From NCBI GenBank assembly GCA_963833985.1, contig CAWIAD010000002.1:3584001-3648000 (forward strand): DNA of 64,000 nucleotides. The letters are read 5' to 3'. The notes under the pieces are model-generated. The model was not told the DNA's origin. It saw only the letters and a program-made list of their open reading frames with translations, and did no database searches. Source of the stretch: an uncultured Planctomycetaceae bacterium (GTDB taxonomy: Bacteria > Planctomycetota > Planctomycetia > Isosphaerales > Isosphaeraceae). Positions 28,982 to 38,544 of the stretch are shown piece after piece. The position numbers and the translations under genes are program-made. Each line of letters opens with the position of its first letter. Position 1 is the stretch's first letter.

Positions 28982-29260
28982 ACCGGACACATCGAGGAGG
29001 GCTACCGTTCCTCGCCGTTCCCGTTCGAGGAGGTCACGCCGTCCCGCTTCCACCTCGTACAAAAATTGGACATGAACCGACTCGCCGTCCACATGGGCAC
29101 ATGGTCCGGTTCGCTCCGATACTGCAAAGAGACCGGGCGAGATCCGTTTGAGGAGATACGGGAAGAACTCGTCGCAGCATTGGGCAACCCGGATCAGGAG
29201 CCGGGGGTCGCCTGGACGCTTCATCTGCGAGTCGGGATGATCACAGGAACGAACCCCTGA
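28982..29260 (+). pseudogene. 3' fragment of class I SAM-dependent methyltransferase
   Basis: Open frame HIEEGYRSSPFPFEEV...GTWSGSLRY...GRDPF...WTLHLRVG is typical of methyltransferase C-termini. No start codon or SAM-binding motif. Confidence 0.65.
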
Positions 29261-29309
29261 CAGTGAGCCACTGCCCCGATCAGTCCCTCTCCTCGTGGGA
29301 GCCATCGAC

Positions 29310-29837
29310 GTGGAAACACCGCTTTTCATCTGTTACGCCAACTGCTGCCGGTCGGTGCTGGCTTACTACCTCTATCGCCATCTGCACGCAGACGACCCCG
29401 CCCTGTCTGCTGGTGTGTGTGCGGGAGAGTGTATCAACGACCGTGCGCTCGGGATGCTGAAACACTGGGGTATCGATGCCAGTGGTCACTGCCCCCTCCA
29501 GGTGGACCGTGAACTCTGTAACCAAGCAAGTGCCATCTTCGTGATGGCTCCAGCACACCTCCGTCGTTTGCTGAGGCTCTACGGCGAGGATCTGGACCGG
29601 AAGACCTACCTGTTCGCCGACCCCTTTAGCCAGCCTCGCTCGTTCCACTCTGGCGAATACAAGGTCTACGCCCCGTCCTTCGATCCCCGACCTATCGGAG
29701 AGTTGGTTCACAAATGCCGTTGGATGCGAGAACGGGTCCAGCAGATCGGGCTATCACTTCGGAGCGAGGGCAATACTCTGGTTGCGGCGTCCCAGTATCT
29801 TCCGTTGATCCAAGCGGTCAATCCTGATGATCTCTGA
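29310..29837 (+). CDS. Low-molecular-weight protein tyrosine phosphatase / ArsC-like protein
   Basis: LFICYANCCRS P-loop, SAG, IFVM; GGAG RBS before GTG 29310. Confidence 0.82.
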   Translation: METPLFICYANCCRSVLAYYLYRHLHADDPALSAGVCAGECINDRALGMLKHWGIDASGHCPLQVDRELCNQASAIFVMAPAHLRRLLRLYGEDLDRKTYLFADPFSQPRSFHSGEYKVYAPSFDPRPIGELVHKCRWMRERVQQIGLSLRSEGNTLVAASQYLPLIQAVNPDDL

Positions 29838-29861
29838 AGCGGCGTTGCGACAGTCATCCGC

Positions 29862-30932
29862 TCAGAGATAGCGATCAGGCAGGAAGTAGTGCGGCTTCAA
29901 CTTGGACATGTTGAAAAGCAATATCTCGACGTGGTAATCCACGGCTGGGAATGCATCACGTGGCAGCGAGATGATCGATGTGATCGGCGGGGCTTCGTCC
30001 CGCAGCCAACGCCAACGCTTCGACCTCTTCTCCTGGTGGAGCCGCATCCCCATCGGCGTGATCAGGACGATCGGCGTGTGCCGGGGGACCACTTCGACGA
30101 TCCGCCGCAAGAATCGCTCGGGCTGATAGCCGGTACTGCCTTCGCCATCCTGGCTAAAAGGCGGGTTGCAGAGCACCAGGTCGCACTCGATGCGATCGGG
30201 ACACTCGAAGAAATCCCTCCCCGCTTCGATCTCGAAACTGATGACCCGCCGACCTCGCCAGGGCTTCGTCATTGCCCGTTGCCCGGCGCAAGGGTCGAGG
30301 ATGGTCTGCACGTCGTACTCGGGGCTGATGGTCTCGCAAAGGAACCGTGCGAGACCCGGAGGCGTCTCCTGGTCGGATGGTCTCGGTCTCAGCTTGCCGA
30401 GCCGGAAGTTGTAGTAGGTGCGTCGGTCAGGGCGATCAGGGTCGTTCGGCGGAATCGAGCCGTTCGCAGAGCGTCTCTTCCCGTCCCTCCCGACCAACTT
30501 GTCGAAGTGGATATCGTGACCAGTAGACGTTAAATCATTTCTAACTTTGATGACCGTTGCATGATGGACTCCCAGTGATCTCGCGATCCAGCGATTGGAT
30601 CTGTCGGGATTCTCCTTGATCTCGTCAGCGATGATCTCCCGCTTTGTTTGCCAATCCAACTGCCGACGTGCCAGATTCAACGCTCTGACCTGGGACCGCT
30701 TCTCTTGGTCTGTGAGCCCCTTTGCGACAACGGAAGGGCACTCGTAACCAAGCTCCCTGGCGATCTTCGCCCTTGAGAAGCCATCCAGGATGTAGCCCTT
30801 CTCATCACGGACGATCGGGACTTGGACGCCGTTGATGGCGATGTTGGCTTTGAGCCCGGCGTAGGTCTCGGCATCGAGGGGTGGCAGGAGACGGTACGTT
30901 GTCTCGTCGCGGAGTGCTTTGGTCTTGGGCAT
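29862..30932 (-). CDS. ParB-like N-terminal domain + HTH + N6-adenine methyltransferase
   Basis: LKANIAINGVQVPIV..ILDGFSR (ParB/Srx); SNRWIARSLGVHHATV (HTH); LDPCAG and CNPPF (MTase motifs I and IV). Confidence 0.82.
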   Translation of the reverse strand: MPKTKALRDETTYRLLPPLDAETYAGLKANIAINGVQVPIVRDEKGYILDGFSRAKIARELGYECPSVVAKGLTDQEKRSQVRALNLARRQLDWQTKREIIADEIKENPDRSNRWIARSLGVHHATVIKVRNDLTSTGHDIHFDKLVGRDGKRRSANGSIPPNDPDRPDRRTYYNFRLGKLRPRPSDQETPPGLARFLCETISPEYDVQTILDPCAGQRAMTKPWRGRRVISFEIEAGRDFFECPDRIECDLVLCNPPFSQDGEGSTGYQPERFLRRIVEVVPRHTPIVLITPMGMRLHQEKRSKRWRWLRDEAPPITSIISLPRDAFPAVDYHVEILLFNMSKLKPHYFLPDRYL

Positions 30933-31046
30933 GGTGAGGGCTCCGATAACTGCACGAAGCGACTTCGCTCCCTGTCTCTTTGGCGGATCGGATGATTATG
31001 TGATCGCCTCACTTTTCGCTTTGGCGATACACCAGGGATTGCTTGA

Positions 31047-31292
31047 TCAGTGTCCAGGGAGGGCGACCTGACGATCCACGGATCGTTCCAACCCGGACTC
31101 GAAAGTGTCGTAGACAAGCCCTGCTACCAGCCACCTCAACGGGACGTGCTTCTCTTGAGCCGTCCGTCGCAGATGGTTCAGGAGGTCAGCGGACAACGTG
31201 ACCCGAACCTGCGGTCCTGCGGTCATGCCGATCCGATGAGTGAGACCAGTGCAGCCTCGTCGGCATGTTGATTCATGATGAGCGTGGTTCAT
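31047..31292 (-). CDS. Small ribbon-helix-helix-like protein
   Basis: GGAGG RBS before ATG 31292; QVRVTLSADLLNHLRRTAQEKHVPLRWLVAGLV. Confidence 0.55.
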   Translation of the reverse strand: MNHAHHESTCRRGCTGLTHRIGMTAGPQVRVTLSADLLNHLRRTAQEKHVPLRWLVAGLVYDTFESGLERSVDRQVALPGH

Positions 31293-31594
31293 TTTCTGTT
31301 CCTCCAGCAACGGAACCTCAAGGAGAAGAGTCGGGAGGTGACTCAATTCGAGATTCGCCCTTTTCGGTACGCTCGGATCAGGTCGCAATCGACCCTGACG
31401 AAGCCCAGCCATCGGGCAAATCGCACCTGCCGGTAGAAGGCGTACCAGGCTTTTCGGGTTTGGTCTCTGGTTCGTCGGCTTCGGTGGGAGTCCAAGATCG
31501 TCGCTCGCTGATGATGGCTGGGGAGACATCCCGTCGCAGTCTTCCCGATCCCTCGTGACTTGCGGTGCTGTGCCCCTGGGGCATTGCCGAAGGC

Positions 31595-31643
31595 AAAAAA
31601 AGCCGACGTGGGAAAGCATCTAATTGCTCTCCCACGTCGGCTT
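31595..31643 (-). terminator. Long GC-rich hairpin followed by U7 (intrinsic terminator or attenuator)
   Basis: Perfect 14-bp arms at 31600-31613 and 31630-31643, extendable to 19 bp; A7 run at 31595-31601 on the plus strand. Confidence 0.75.
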
Positions 31644-32075
31644 ACTCTTTAACGAACCTCCCGGCAGCGCCGGGTTGTCCTTCATCTCGTCATCCGACCA
31701 CTTGTAATGTTGATTATCCGCTTCGGATCGGGGAATGCAAGTGCTTACCCACTCCGACTCTTGGGCGGAACTCGATGGCAAGTCCGCTGGATCGACCCGA
31801 TTGGCGCTTCGTCGTGCTGGTGGGAACCTGCGACATCAGCGGCAAAGAGAAGACCCTCCAGTCCCGGGACCATGCTCGTTACATAAGGCAGGCGGCTCGG
31901 CAGTTGCGTGTCCGACGAGCGGCTGGACAAGGCGGCACGCTGCGGCATCACCGGTAGCTGGGCTTGACCAGCTTCAAAGGGTATGACCCCCTCCGCCGAA
32001 GAGGTGGACTGGCATGGCGAGGTCGGCGAAGGTCACCAAGAAAACACCGGTGGCACGGCGATGACGGTCCCGCGC

Positions 32076-32261
32076 TTATGAGCTATAGGCGAGCGCTCGT
32101 TCGCTTGTCGTCTCGTCCGATTCGTAATCCTTCAGCGCTCTCTGAAGTATCTCCACCACGAGAGCGTTGAGGGATGCCTTGTCATCCTTCGCCCAACTTG
32201 CCAGTCTTTCATGGAGGACGGGCGGCATCCGAACCTGGAAGTGGACCACGGTTTCGGGCAT
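32076..32261 (-). CDS. Arc/HicB-like ribbon-helix-helix DNA-binding protein
   Basis: HFQVRMPPVLHERLASWAKDDKASLNALVVEILQRAL; AGGAG RBS. Confidence 0.8.
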   Translation of the reverse strand: MPETVVHFQVRMPPVLHERLASWAKDDKASLNALVVEILQRALKDYESDETTSERALAYSS

Positions 32262-32464
32262 TGCAGGCTCCTGAGAGTGTTGGTGGGAGCAGGGTTTGAC
32301 CGGACGAGTAATCATATCCGTTGTCAAATAGAAGGGGCAATCAAAAAAGCAGGAATCAGGAATAGTTCAGGAGGTCAGCGGTCATGGACCGATCAGCGGC
32401 TACCGGATTGAGAACCACTGAATCGACCAAGTGACCGACATCGCCCGCAGGGACACCTCCTTGC

Positions 32465-33202
32465 TCAGATAGTCCCGCCGTTGGCTCGGATGTTCGGCCC
32501 GGTGATCCAGCCAGCCTCGTCGCCGACCAGCAAAGCCACTACATTGGCGATGTCCTCGGGCTGCCCCAGCCTCCCTATCGCCGCCATCTGGGCAAACCGC
32601 TGCTTGTCTTGCTCGGTCTTGCCCTGCCCAAACAGTTCCGTGTCGGTCGGTCCCGGCGAGACGACCTTGACCGTGATGCCCTTCGGACCCAATTCTTTGG
32701 CAAGGACGTGCGACATCTGCTCCACCGCCCCCTTGGTGGCGACGTATGTGCCGTAGGTCGGCAGCATCTTGACGGTCGTGGACGACGAGAAATTGACGAT
32801 CCGCCTTCCATCCGCCATTCGTTTGGCTGCCTCCTGGCAGGCGAAGAATGTCCCTCTGACGTTGACGGCGAAGATGTGATCGAACTCCTCCTCGGTGACA
32901 TCCGCAACCGCCTTGTTGAACATGACTCCTGCATTGTTGACGAGGATGTTCAGACTGCCGAAGTGCTCGAAGGTGGCATCGAAGAGCCGCCGAATGTCTC
33001 CGACCTTGCCAACGTCGCCCTGCACGGCGACAGCACGACCGCTCTCCGCTTCGATGGCAGAAACGGTCTCACGGGCTGACTCGTGGTTACCAGAGTAATT
33101 GACGATGACGGCGGCTCTCTCCTGACCGAGCCGCACAGCAATAGCCCGTCCAATCCCCCTCGATGCACCGGTGACCAGAGCCACTTTCCCATCGAGTCTC
33201 AT
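32465..33202 (-). CDS. SDR family oxidoreductase (FabG-like)
   Basis: TGASRGIG, NNAG, YVATK. Confidence 0.92.
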   Translation of the reverse strand: MRLDGKVALVTGASRGIGRAIAVRLGQERAAVIVNYSGNHESARETVSAIEAESGRAVAVQGDVGKVGDIRRLFDATFEHFGSLNILVNNAGVMFNKAVADVTEEEFDHIFAVNVRGTFFACQEAAKRMADGRRIVNFSSSTTVKMLPTYGTYVATKGAVEQMSHVLAKELGPKGITVKVVSPGPTDTELFGQGKTEQDKQRFAQMAAIGRLGQPEDIANVVALLVGDEAGWITGPNIRANGGTI

Positions 33203-33327
33203 TCGGCTCTTCCGCTTCTGTTGGCTCCGTACGATCGATTCGACGATGAGATCAGGATCTTAGACGACGGGCAAGAGAGCCGCAATTCGTCCCGCTCGGT
33301 CAGCCAGGGACGCCTTGGGTGTCCAAA

Positions 33328-34086
33328 TCAGATCACGGCAACCTGAAATGGTTCGACTTCATGACCGGTGTGAATCGTGAACCAAAGGCACCTTGCCTCA
33401 CCATCTTCGTACTCGACCTCCTCTTCGACGTTGAGGACTTCACGATACGTCAGCTTGGTTACCGGGTCTGTCGTATCCCGGTGATAGTCCCAGACCAGGT
33501 AGTCGGCATATTGGAGTTCGTCCTTCTGGACGGACCCGTCCTCGTCGAGATCCTTGAGGACTGTCGCCCGGCACTTGTACGGGTCTCGGACATCATCGAC
33601 ACGCCAGTAGGTCGGCTGATCGTGCTCATCAATCGGATTGCCATCCCGGTCGGCGAGGATCTTGAACACACCTTCCTCGTCAGCCAGCACGTCGAGGAAG
33701 TTGTTGTCCTCCGCAAACTTCCAACCGAACTCCATGTAGGGGCGAAGCACCTGGATTTTGTGCCCGAGTTCGTTGGACGAGTCATCGTCGGGTATCACTC
33801 GCAGCTTGACCCTGATCGGCTTATCTTGCCCGACAGCCGCCATCGCTTTGAGGTTGTAGTCGGTGTGGTAGAAAGTCTTGTCACCGACCTTGGTCTCCCA
33901 CACCCAGATCGACTCCACGAAGAACTTGCAGCCAGACAGATCATCTTCGTAACTGATGCTGACAGACCAGCCGACCTTCGCCTGAAGCGGGTTGTAAACG
34001 TGAAGCTCCTGGGCGGTCATGTCCCGCTTGTTCCGACCAGTGAGCATCTCAAACAATGTGCGTCCCTTGCCATCTGCGGACTTCAT
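33328..34086 (-). CDS. Hypothetical protein, DUF2491/DUF4178-like
   Basis: 252 aa, GAGGAG RBS; acidic beta-rich C-terminus WDYHR...EVLNVE...FTIHTGHEVEPFQVAVI. Confidence 0.55.
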   Translation of the reverse strand: MKSADGKGRTLFEMLTGRNKRDMTAQELHVYNPLQAKVGWSVSISYEDDLSGCKFFVESIWVWETKVGDKTFYHTDYNLKAMAAVGQDKPIRVKLRVIPDDDSSNELGHKIQVLRPYMEFGWKFAEDNNFLDVLADEEGVFKILADRDGNPIDEHDQPTYWRVDDVRDPYKCRATVLKDLDEDGSVQKDELQYADYLVWDYHRDTTDPVTKLTYREVLNVEEEVEYEDGEARCLWFTIHTGHEVEPFQVAVI

Positions 34087-34161
34087 CCCACTCTCCTCAA
34101 TGACCGCGAGAGTCCGACCGGTCGGTAGAACCCGTGTCCCCCGCGAGCATGCAGGCTTTCA

Positions 34162-35214
34162 TCACTTCCCCCAGCGGACATTGAAGACCACGTAGCCGAT
34201 TGCCCCGACAGCACCGAGCCCGCAGAGCCATAGCAGGGCTGTCCCCACACCTGACCCACCGCTACTCTGAGACGGCATCGCCGAGGGGCTAGAAGCCACG
34301 CTCACCTGAACCGGCATCACCGTGGGGTTGTAAGCCGCCTCCACGTAGTTCTGATCATATTGGTCCGTGGGGTCGGAGGCGAACTCCGGGTCCACGTAGT
34401 TCACATCCCGAGAAACCTTCTGGGCTTCCAGGGCGGCGAGTCGTTGCTGCACCGCCGCGTCACGAGCGCCATCCGCATACGCCTCGGCACTGATCCGCGC
34501 TTGATTGTGGTAAAGCCAATCAGCCCGACGCTGGGCGTTCCACTCCATCATCATCCACCAGAACCCACCGGAGTAGGGACCGATGCCGTACCCTACCGGG
34601 CGACCCCAGTAGTAGTCGTAGGGATGAGCATAGTGGTACACGGTGACGTGCTGGACAAATCGTTCCTGTCGCACGGCGGGTTGAATATAGGTCGATGGCT
34701 GCTCACGAAGCTGCGTGACAGAGGGAGACGAGGGATCAACCTTGACAGACCGTCCCCCAATCACCGCTTCGCTCCTGGGAGGGGCTGTCGCCTTCTGGGT
34801 GGTGATGTATGCCTGGCGGCTCTCTTCCCGCCTCTGGGCTTGTGCCTTGGTGCTCACACTGCCGGTGGTGGGCTTGGAACTTGTCTGGTTGCCTTTGGGC
34901 TTGGAGGAGCTACCGCCGAACATGCCAGAGGTAGTTGAACCACTCTTGTTATCGTTCGACGAGGTGGAGGGTTTGCTTCCGCCAAACATCGAGCTACCCG
35001 CACCGGTGGGGCTCTTTCCGCCAACAGAAGAACTGGGCGGCTTACTGCTTGTGCTCGGCTTACTTCCACCGAACATGGAGCCGCCACCCGATGGTCTACT
35101 TGATCCACTGCTAGGTTTGCTTGAACTCGAACTGCGCCCCTTCTGGGCATAAGCCGAAGACGAGAAGAGGAAAGCCAGGGCTAACGCCCCGACAAGTAGT
35201 TTTGGCACCCGCAT
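34162..35214 (-). CDS. Exported Ser/Gly-rich protein with C-terminal membrane anchor
   Basis: GGAGA RBS; signal peptide MRVPKLLVGALALAFLFSSSAYA; three MFGGS repeats; C-terminal TM helix. Confidence 0.75.
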   Translation of the reverse strand: MRVPKLLVGALALAFLFSSSAYAQKGRSSSSSKPSSGSSRPSGGGSMFGGSKPSTSSKPPSSSVGGKSPTGAGSSMFGGSKPSTSSNDNKSGSTTSGMFGGSSSKPKGNQTSSKPTTGSVSTKAQAQRREESRQAYITTQKATAPPRSEAVIGGRSVKVDPSSPSVTQLREQPSTYIQPAVRQERFVQHVTVYHYAHPYDYYWGRPVGYGIGPYSGGFWWMMMEWNAQRRADWLYHNQARISAEAYADGARDAAVQQRLAALEAQKVSRDVNYVDPEFASDPTDQYDQNYVEAAYNPTVMPVQVSVASSPSAMPSQSSGGSGVGTALLWLCGLGAVGAIGYVVFNVRWGK

Positions 35215-35422
35215 GTCAAATCTCTCCGATCGTGAGTGAACCTGGACGACCCCATCTCCATCCATCGTGCCATGATGCTGATCGCGGTCAGAGTCGTCTT
35301 GCAGAGAGTATTCTCCGCTTCTCATCCCATATTCAGCGTGGGCGAAGCGCCAGTAGCGATCATGCCCAAACTCGCTTACCATCGCCGAAGGCTGTTGATT
35401 CTATTCCTCTGGGGATCGAGCT

Positions 35423-36037
35423 ATGAGGCGCGTCCGTTTTAACATCGCCAGCCTGCTCGTTGTCGTCCTGCTTGTCGCTATTGGTTTCGCCGCACTGAGG
35501 GAAGCGAACGAGACGTGGGCTGGCTGGCTCTTTTCCCTGACGCTCTGCGTGCTGCTGATCTCGATCCTTTTCGCCATTCATCGCACAGAATCTAGGCGGG
35601 CGTTCTGGATTGGCGTCGCCCTGTTCGGCTGGATCTACCTGGGGCTCTCCCTGATCCCGTCGATCGAGTCCAGGTTGTTGACGAGGAAGGCGCTCACTTA
35701 CCTTGATTCCATGTTGCCGCGTAGTCCCGTCCTCATCACCGGTCAAGCCTGGGGCGACCTCCAAAACAGCCAGCCAGATCAAACCGTCACAGTCCCATCC
35801 CAGAGTTACCTGATCAGAAATGAGCCGCTCACCGCATACTACAAGTGGCTTCTCAAGGGAGGGAGCGGCACGACCGAGAACTTCGTGAGGATCGGGAATT
35901 CGCTACTGACGTTGTTCATGGCTTGGTTCGGAGGTCAGCTTTCCAGATACCTCTACACGAAGCACCGTAAGTGGAATTCGGGACCGGTCCCAGCACACGT
36001 CCCGACCGAAGGCTCACAGCTATCAAGGAACTGTTAG
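35423..36037 (+). CDS. Membrane protein (MRRxRFxIxxL type), paralog of 37522-38094
   Basis: Four hydrophobic helices; RRAFWIGVALFG, ENFVRIGNSL. Confidence 0.8.
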   Translation: MRRVRFNIASLLVVVLLVAIGFAALREANETWAGWLFSLTLCVLLISILFAIHRTESRRAFWIGVALFGWIYLGLSLIPSIESRLLTRKALTYLDSMLPRSPVLITGQAWGDLQNSQPDQTVTVPSQSYLIRNEPLTAYYKWLLKGGSGTTENFVRIGNSLLTLFMAWFGGQLSRYLYTKHRKWNSGPVPAHVPTEGSQLSRNC

Positions 36038-36297
36038 CGGCGTGCGAGGCGACCCCTGAAACCCACTCTCCTCGGTGGGCTCGCCTCCTCCTGCGATGGG
36101 GCGGGCGGGGGTTCCACTTCGATCGGTTGTTCCCTATCCGGGATACCAACCGGCAGGATACGGATTCCGCCTCCCGGCTTGGGACGGACACGTATTGTGC
36201 CGTTCAGAATCTCCTGCCGGATGAGTTCCTGGACATCAGGCAGGTGGGCGTTAGATTCGAGTTCACGCCAGCGGGCTTCGACTGGTGGCTGAATCAT
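36034..36297 (-). CDS. Small hypothetical protein
   Basis: ATG 36297 with AAGGA RBS; convergent stop overlap with the previous gene. Confidence 0.4.
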   Translation of the reverse strand: MIQPPVEARWRELESNAHLPDVQELIRQEILNGTIRVRPKPGGGIRILPVGIPDREQPIEVEPPPAPSQEEASPPRRVGFRGRLARR

Positions 36298-36535
36298 CGG
36301 TTTGTCCTTCGACGGGCTGGTGGTAACGACATCGTTCCACGGAGTCTGCTCGGCACTCCTCCAGAGCAATTACCCCCGATGAGCATACACAGGGTATCCA
36401 GCAGTTAGGAAGCGTGAAGATCAAAGAATTCCAGAGATGTCGGCAACAGTTTTTATAAGGCGTATTGGCTGCTTATTCATGCTCGCGAAGAGCCACCACG
36501 GATCAGGGACAAGACCGGTTTACGGAGACTCGTCC

Positions 36536-37405
36536 TCAGTCTCTCGAACCATGCGGCAAGCTCCCAGGCACATCTGGTAGCCCTGTCAGGAAGATGGCAT
36601 CCGACTGGTGATGGTGGTAAGCCTGAAAGATAAACTCGTTCCACTGGTTCGGCTCTTTCCCATGTTTCAGGAAGTAAGCCAGTCGAATCCCCTCGGGCAC
36701 CTTCAGATCGAGCAATGACTTGTTGAGGTAGGCAGTCCAGTCCTCTCTGCCGAAGTTCAGGAGGACGTATGGCGTCGTCAGGAATACGCGGTAATTGATC
36801 GGGGAAATCGGAGGCAGAACCCGCCCGTACCAGAGTTCCCCGACGTGACCTTGATAGCCCGTGGGTACATGGCACTCGAACTGCTCCTCAGTGATCAACT
36901 CCTTGAACAGCCAGCGACCTCCTTTGAGCCCGACATGCTCGTAGATGCCCATCCGGGACTCTGAGCAGGTTCGGATCGCATCCATGACCTTGGCGTCAAA
37001 GCCGAGCGCCGTCCCCGCATCCAGCAGGCACTTACCTAGAGTCTCCTTGTAACGTCCGAAGCCAAGATCGAAGAACGCCCAGGTCGTGAAGTAACTCCTT
37101 GTCAGGGGGCTCATGGGAGGACCAGAGGGCATGTATTCATGTTCCGCCTTGAGAACGATCTCGAAATAGGGCTCGAACTCGTCAAGCACACTGACCCGCT
37201 CAGCGAAGATCGAGGCAGCGTGCTGGACGGCAATGTAAACCGTGTGGAGCGGGTCCAGGGGCTCACCTTCATCCAGGCGAATCGTCTCACCCTTTTTCAA
37301 TGCCTTGATGGCTTCATCGATCACGGTTGCGGCTTGCCGAAGCTCGGCGACCAGCTTCCGCTGTTTCGGGAGTCGCTTCGAGAACTTGTAGCTGATGTGG
37401 TCCAT
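36536..37405 (-). CDS. Hypothetical protein
   Basis: 289 aa; motif-like YMPSGPPMSPLTRSYFTTWAFFD, SRMGIYEH, GELWYGRVLPP. Confidence 0.8.
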   Translation of the reverse strand: MDHISYKFSKRLPKQRKLVAELRQAATVIDEAIKALKKGETIRLDEGEPLDPLHTVYIAVQHAASIFAERVSVLDEFEPYFEIVLKAEHEYMPSGPPMSPLTRSYFTTWAFFDLGFGRYKETLGKCLLDAGTALGFDAKVMDAIRTCSESRMGIYEHVGLKGGRWLFKELITEEQFECHVPTGYQGHVGELWYGRVLPPISPINYRVFLTTPYVLLNFGREDWTAYLNKSLLDLKVPEGIRLAYFLKHGKEPNQWNEFIFQAYHHHQSDAIFLTGLPDVPGSLPHGSRD

Positions 37406-37521
37406 CGGAGATCGTCCAGAGCCTCGGTGCTCAGATCAGGTTGGTTGGCGTTTCCCAGGAATCGAACTCAGCATAAGATCGTCTCTGGCAGATCATCTTT
37501 CAACCCTTCCGGGACCATGCC

Positions 37522-38094
37522 ATGAGGCGATTCCGTTTCCACCTCGGCACCCTGGTGATCCTTGTCCTGGTCCTCGGGGTCGGCTTTGCCGCCCTGCGTG
37601 AGTCGAATGAGACCTGGGACATCATTACCTTCAGCGTCTTGCTGGGTGGTCTACTGACCTCCGTCCTTCTCGCCGTCCATCGAACTGGCTCGAGGAAGGC
37701 ATTCTGGCTGGGGTTTGCTCTCTTCGGATCAGCATACCTGGGGCTGTCTCTGGTCCCCGCCATTGAACCGAGGCTGCTCACGACCAAGGCACTGGCTTTT
37801 CTTGACTCCAAAGTGCCGAGGTCTATCCCAACAGGATTTGCTTACGCCGATTTCGACAACGACGGCAAGATGGACCTATACCTCGCCAACACGTTCCAGG
37901 ACATCACAGCGGCTACTGGGTTGAACTCGGCGGGATTATCGCTGACGGGATCAATCGGAACCACCGACAACTTTGTGAGGATTGGTCACTCGCTCATCGT
38001 TCTAATCGTCGCATTCGTCGGCGGGCAGCTTTCTTGCCATCTCCACGCTAAGAATCGAGAACCAATTGCGGGATCGGTCAATCCACAGCCTTGA
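37522..38094 (+). CDS. Membrane protein with a single FG-GAP-like motif
   Basis: Clear paralog of 35423-36037; contains FAYADFDNDGKMDLYLAN. Confidence 0.8.
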   Translation: MRRFRFHLGTLVILVLVLGVGFAALRESNETWDIITFSVLLGGLLTSVLLAVHRTGSRKAFWLGFALFGSAYLGLSLVPAIEPRLLTTKALAFLDSKVPRSIPTGFAYADFDNDGKMDLYLANTFQDITAATGLNSAGLSLTGSIGTTDNFVRIGHSLIVLIVAFVGGQLSCHLHAKNREPIAGSVNPQP

Positions 38095-38121
38095 TCTCAG
38101 ATCGCTCGGGAGGCTGAGGCG

Positions 38122-38502
38122 ATGCCTGTACAAACCAGGGCGGCTCCGCTGATCTCATTCCGACTCAATCTGGGTGGGATCGTGATCGGCTACCTCTTCG
38201 CTCTCTTTGCTGCCACAGCGGTAGTAGTGGCTTTCCCCTTTTCAACTCTCGTGTTGGGGCTATTGTTCGTCGTGGTCGGCGTCTTCTTCATTGTGGCGGT
38301 CCCCGTGATTGTGATGGCGTACGTGTTTCTCACGATCACCATTTCCCGAGCCATCATGAGTCTCAGTCGTCGGCTTCTCTTCGGAGCAGATCAGACCTCT
38401 GAGTCGCAAAGGACTGGGAAACCGTCCCTCTTGCAGAAAGACCTGAGACCCCAGGGAACCGATGCCGGGCTTTGGGATCGGTGGATTGACGAGTCTCGGT
38501 AA
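38122..38502 (+). CDS. Hypothetical membrane protein
   Basis: GAGG RBS; long hydrophobic stretch; C-terminal GLWDRWID. Confidence 0.65.
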   Translation: MPVQTRAAPLISFRLNLGGIVIGYLFALFAATAVVVAFPFSTLVLGLLFVVVGVFFIVAVPVIVMAYVFLTITISRAIMSLSRRLLFGADQTSESQRTGKPSLLQKDLRPQGTDAGLWDRWIDESR

Positions 38503-38544
38503 TGCCGACGAGGAACGAGTATTCAACGCTGGAAGGCTCCGTTC

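Noticed and set aside
31700..32070. Possible gene fragment (RPDWRFVVLVGTCD...)
   Set aside because: No start signal or family motif I can support.
32465..33202. SDR as a pseudogene (unusual residues such as ITVKVV, ITGPNI)
   Set aside because: Frame and catalytic motifs are intact; substitutions alone are insufficient evidence.
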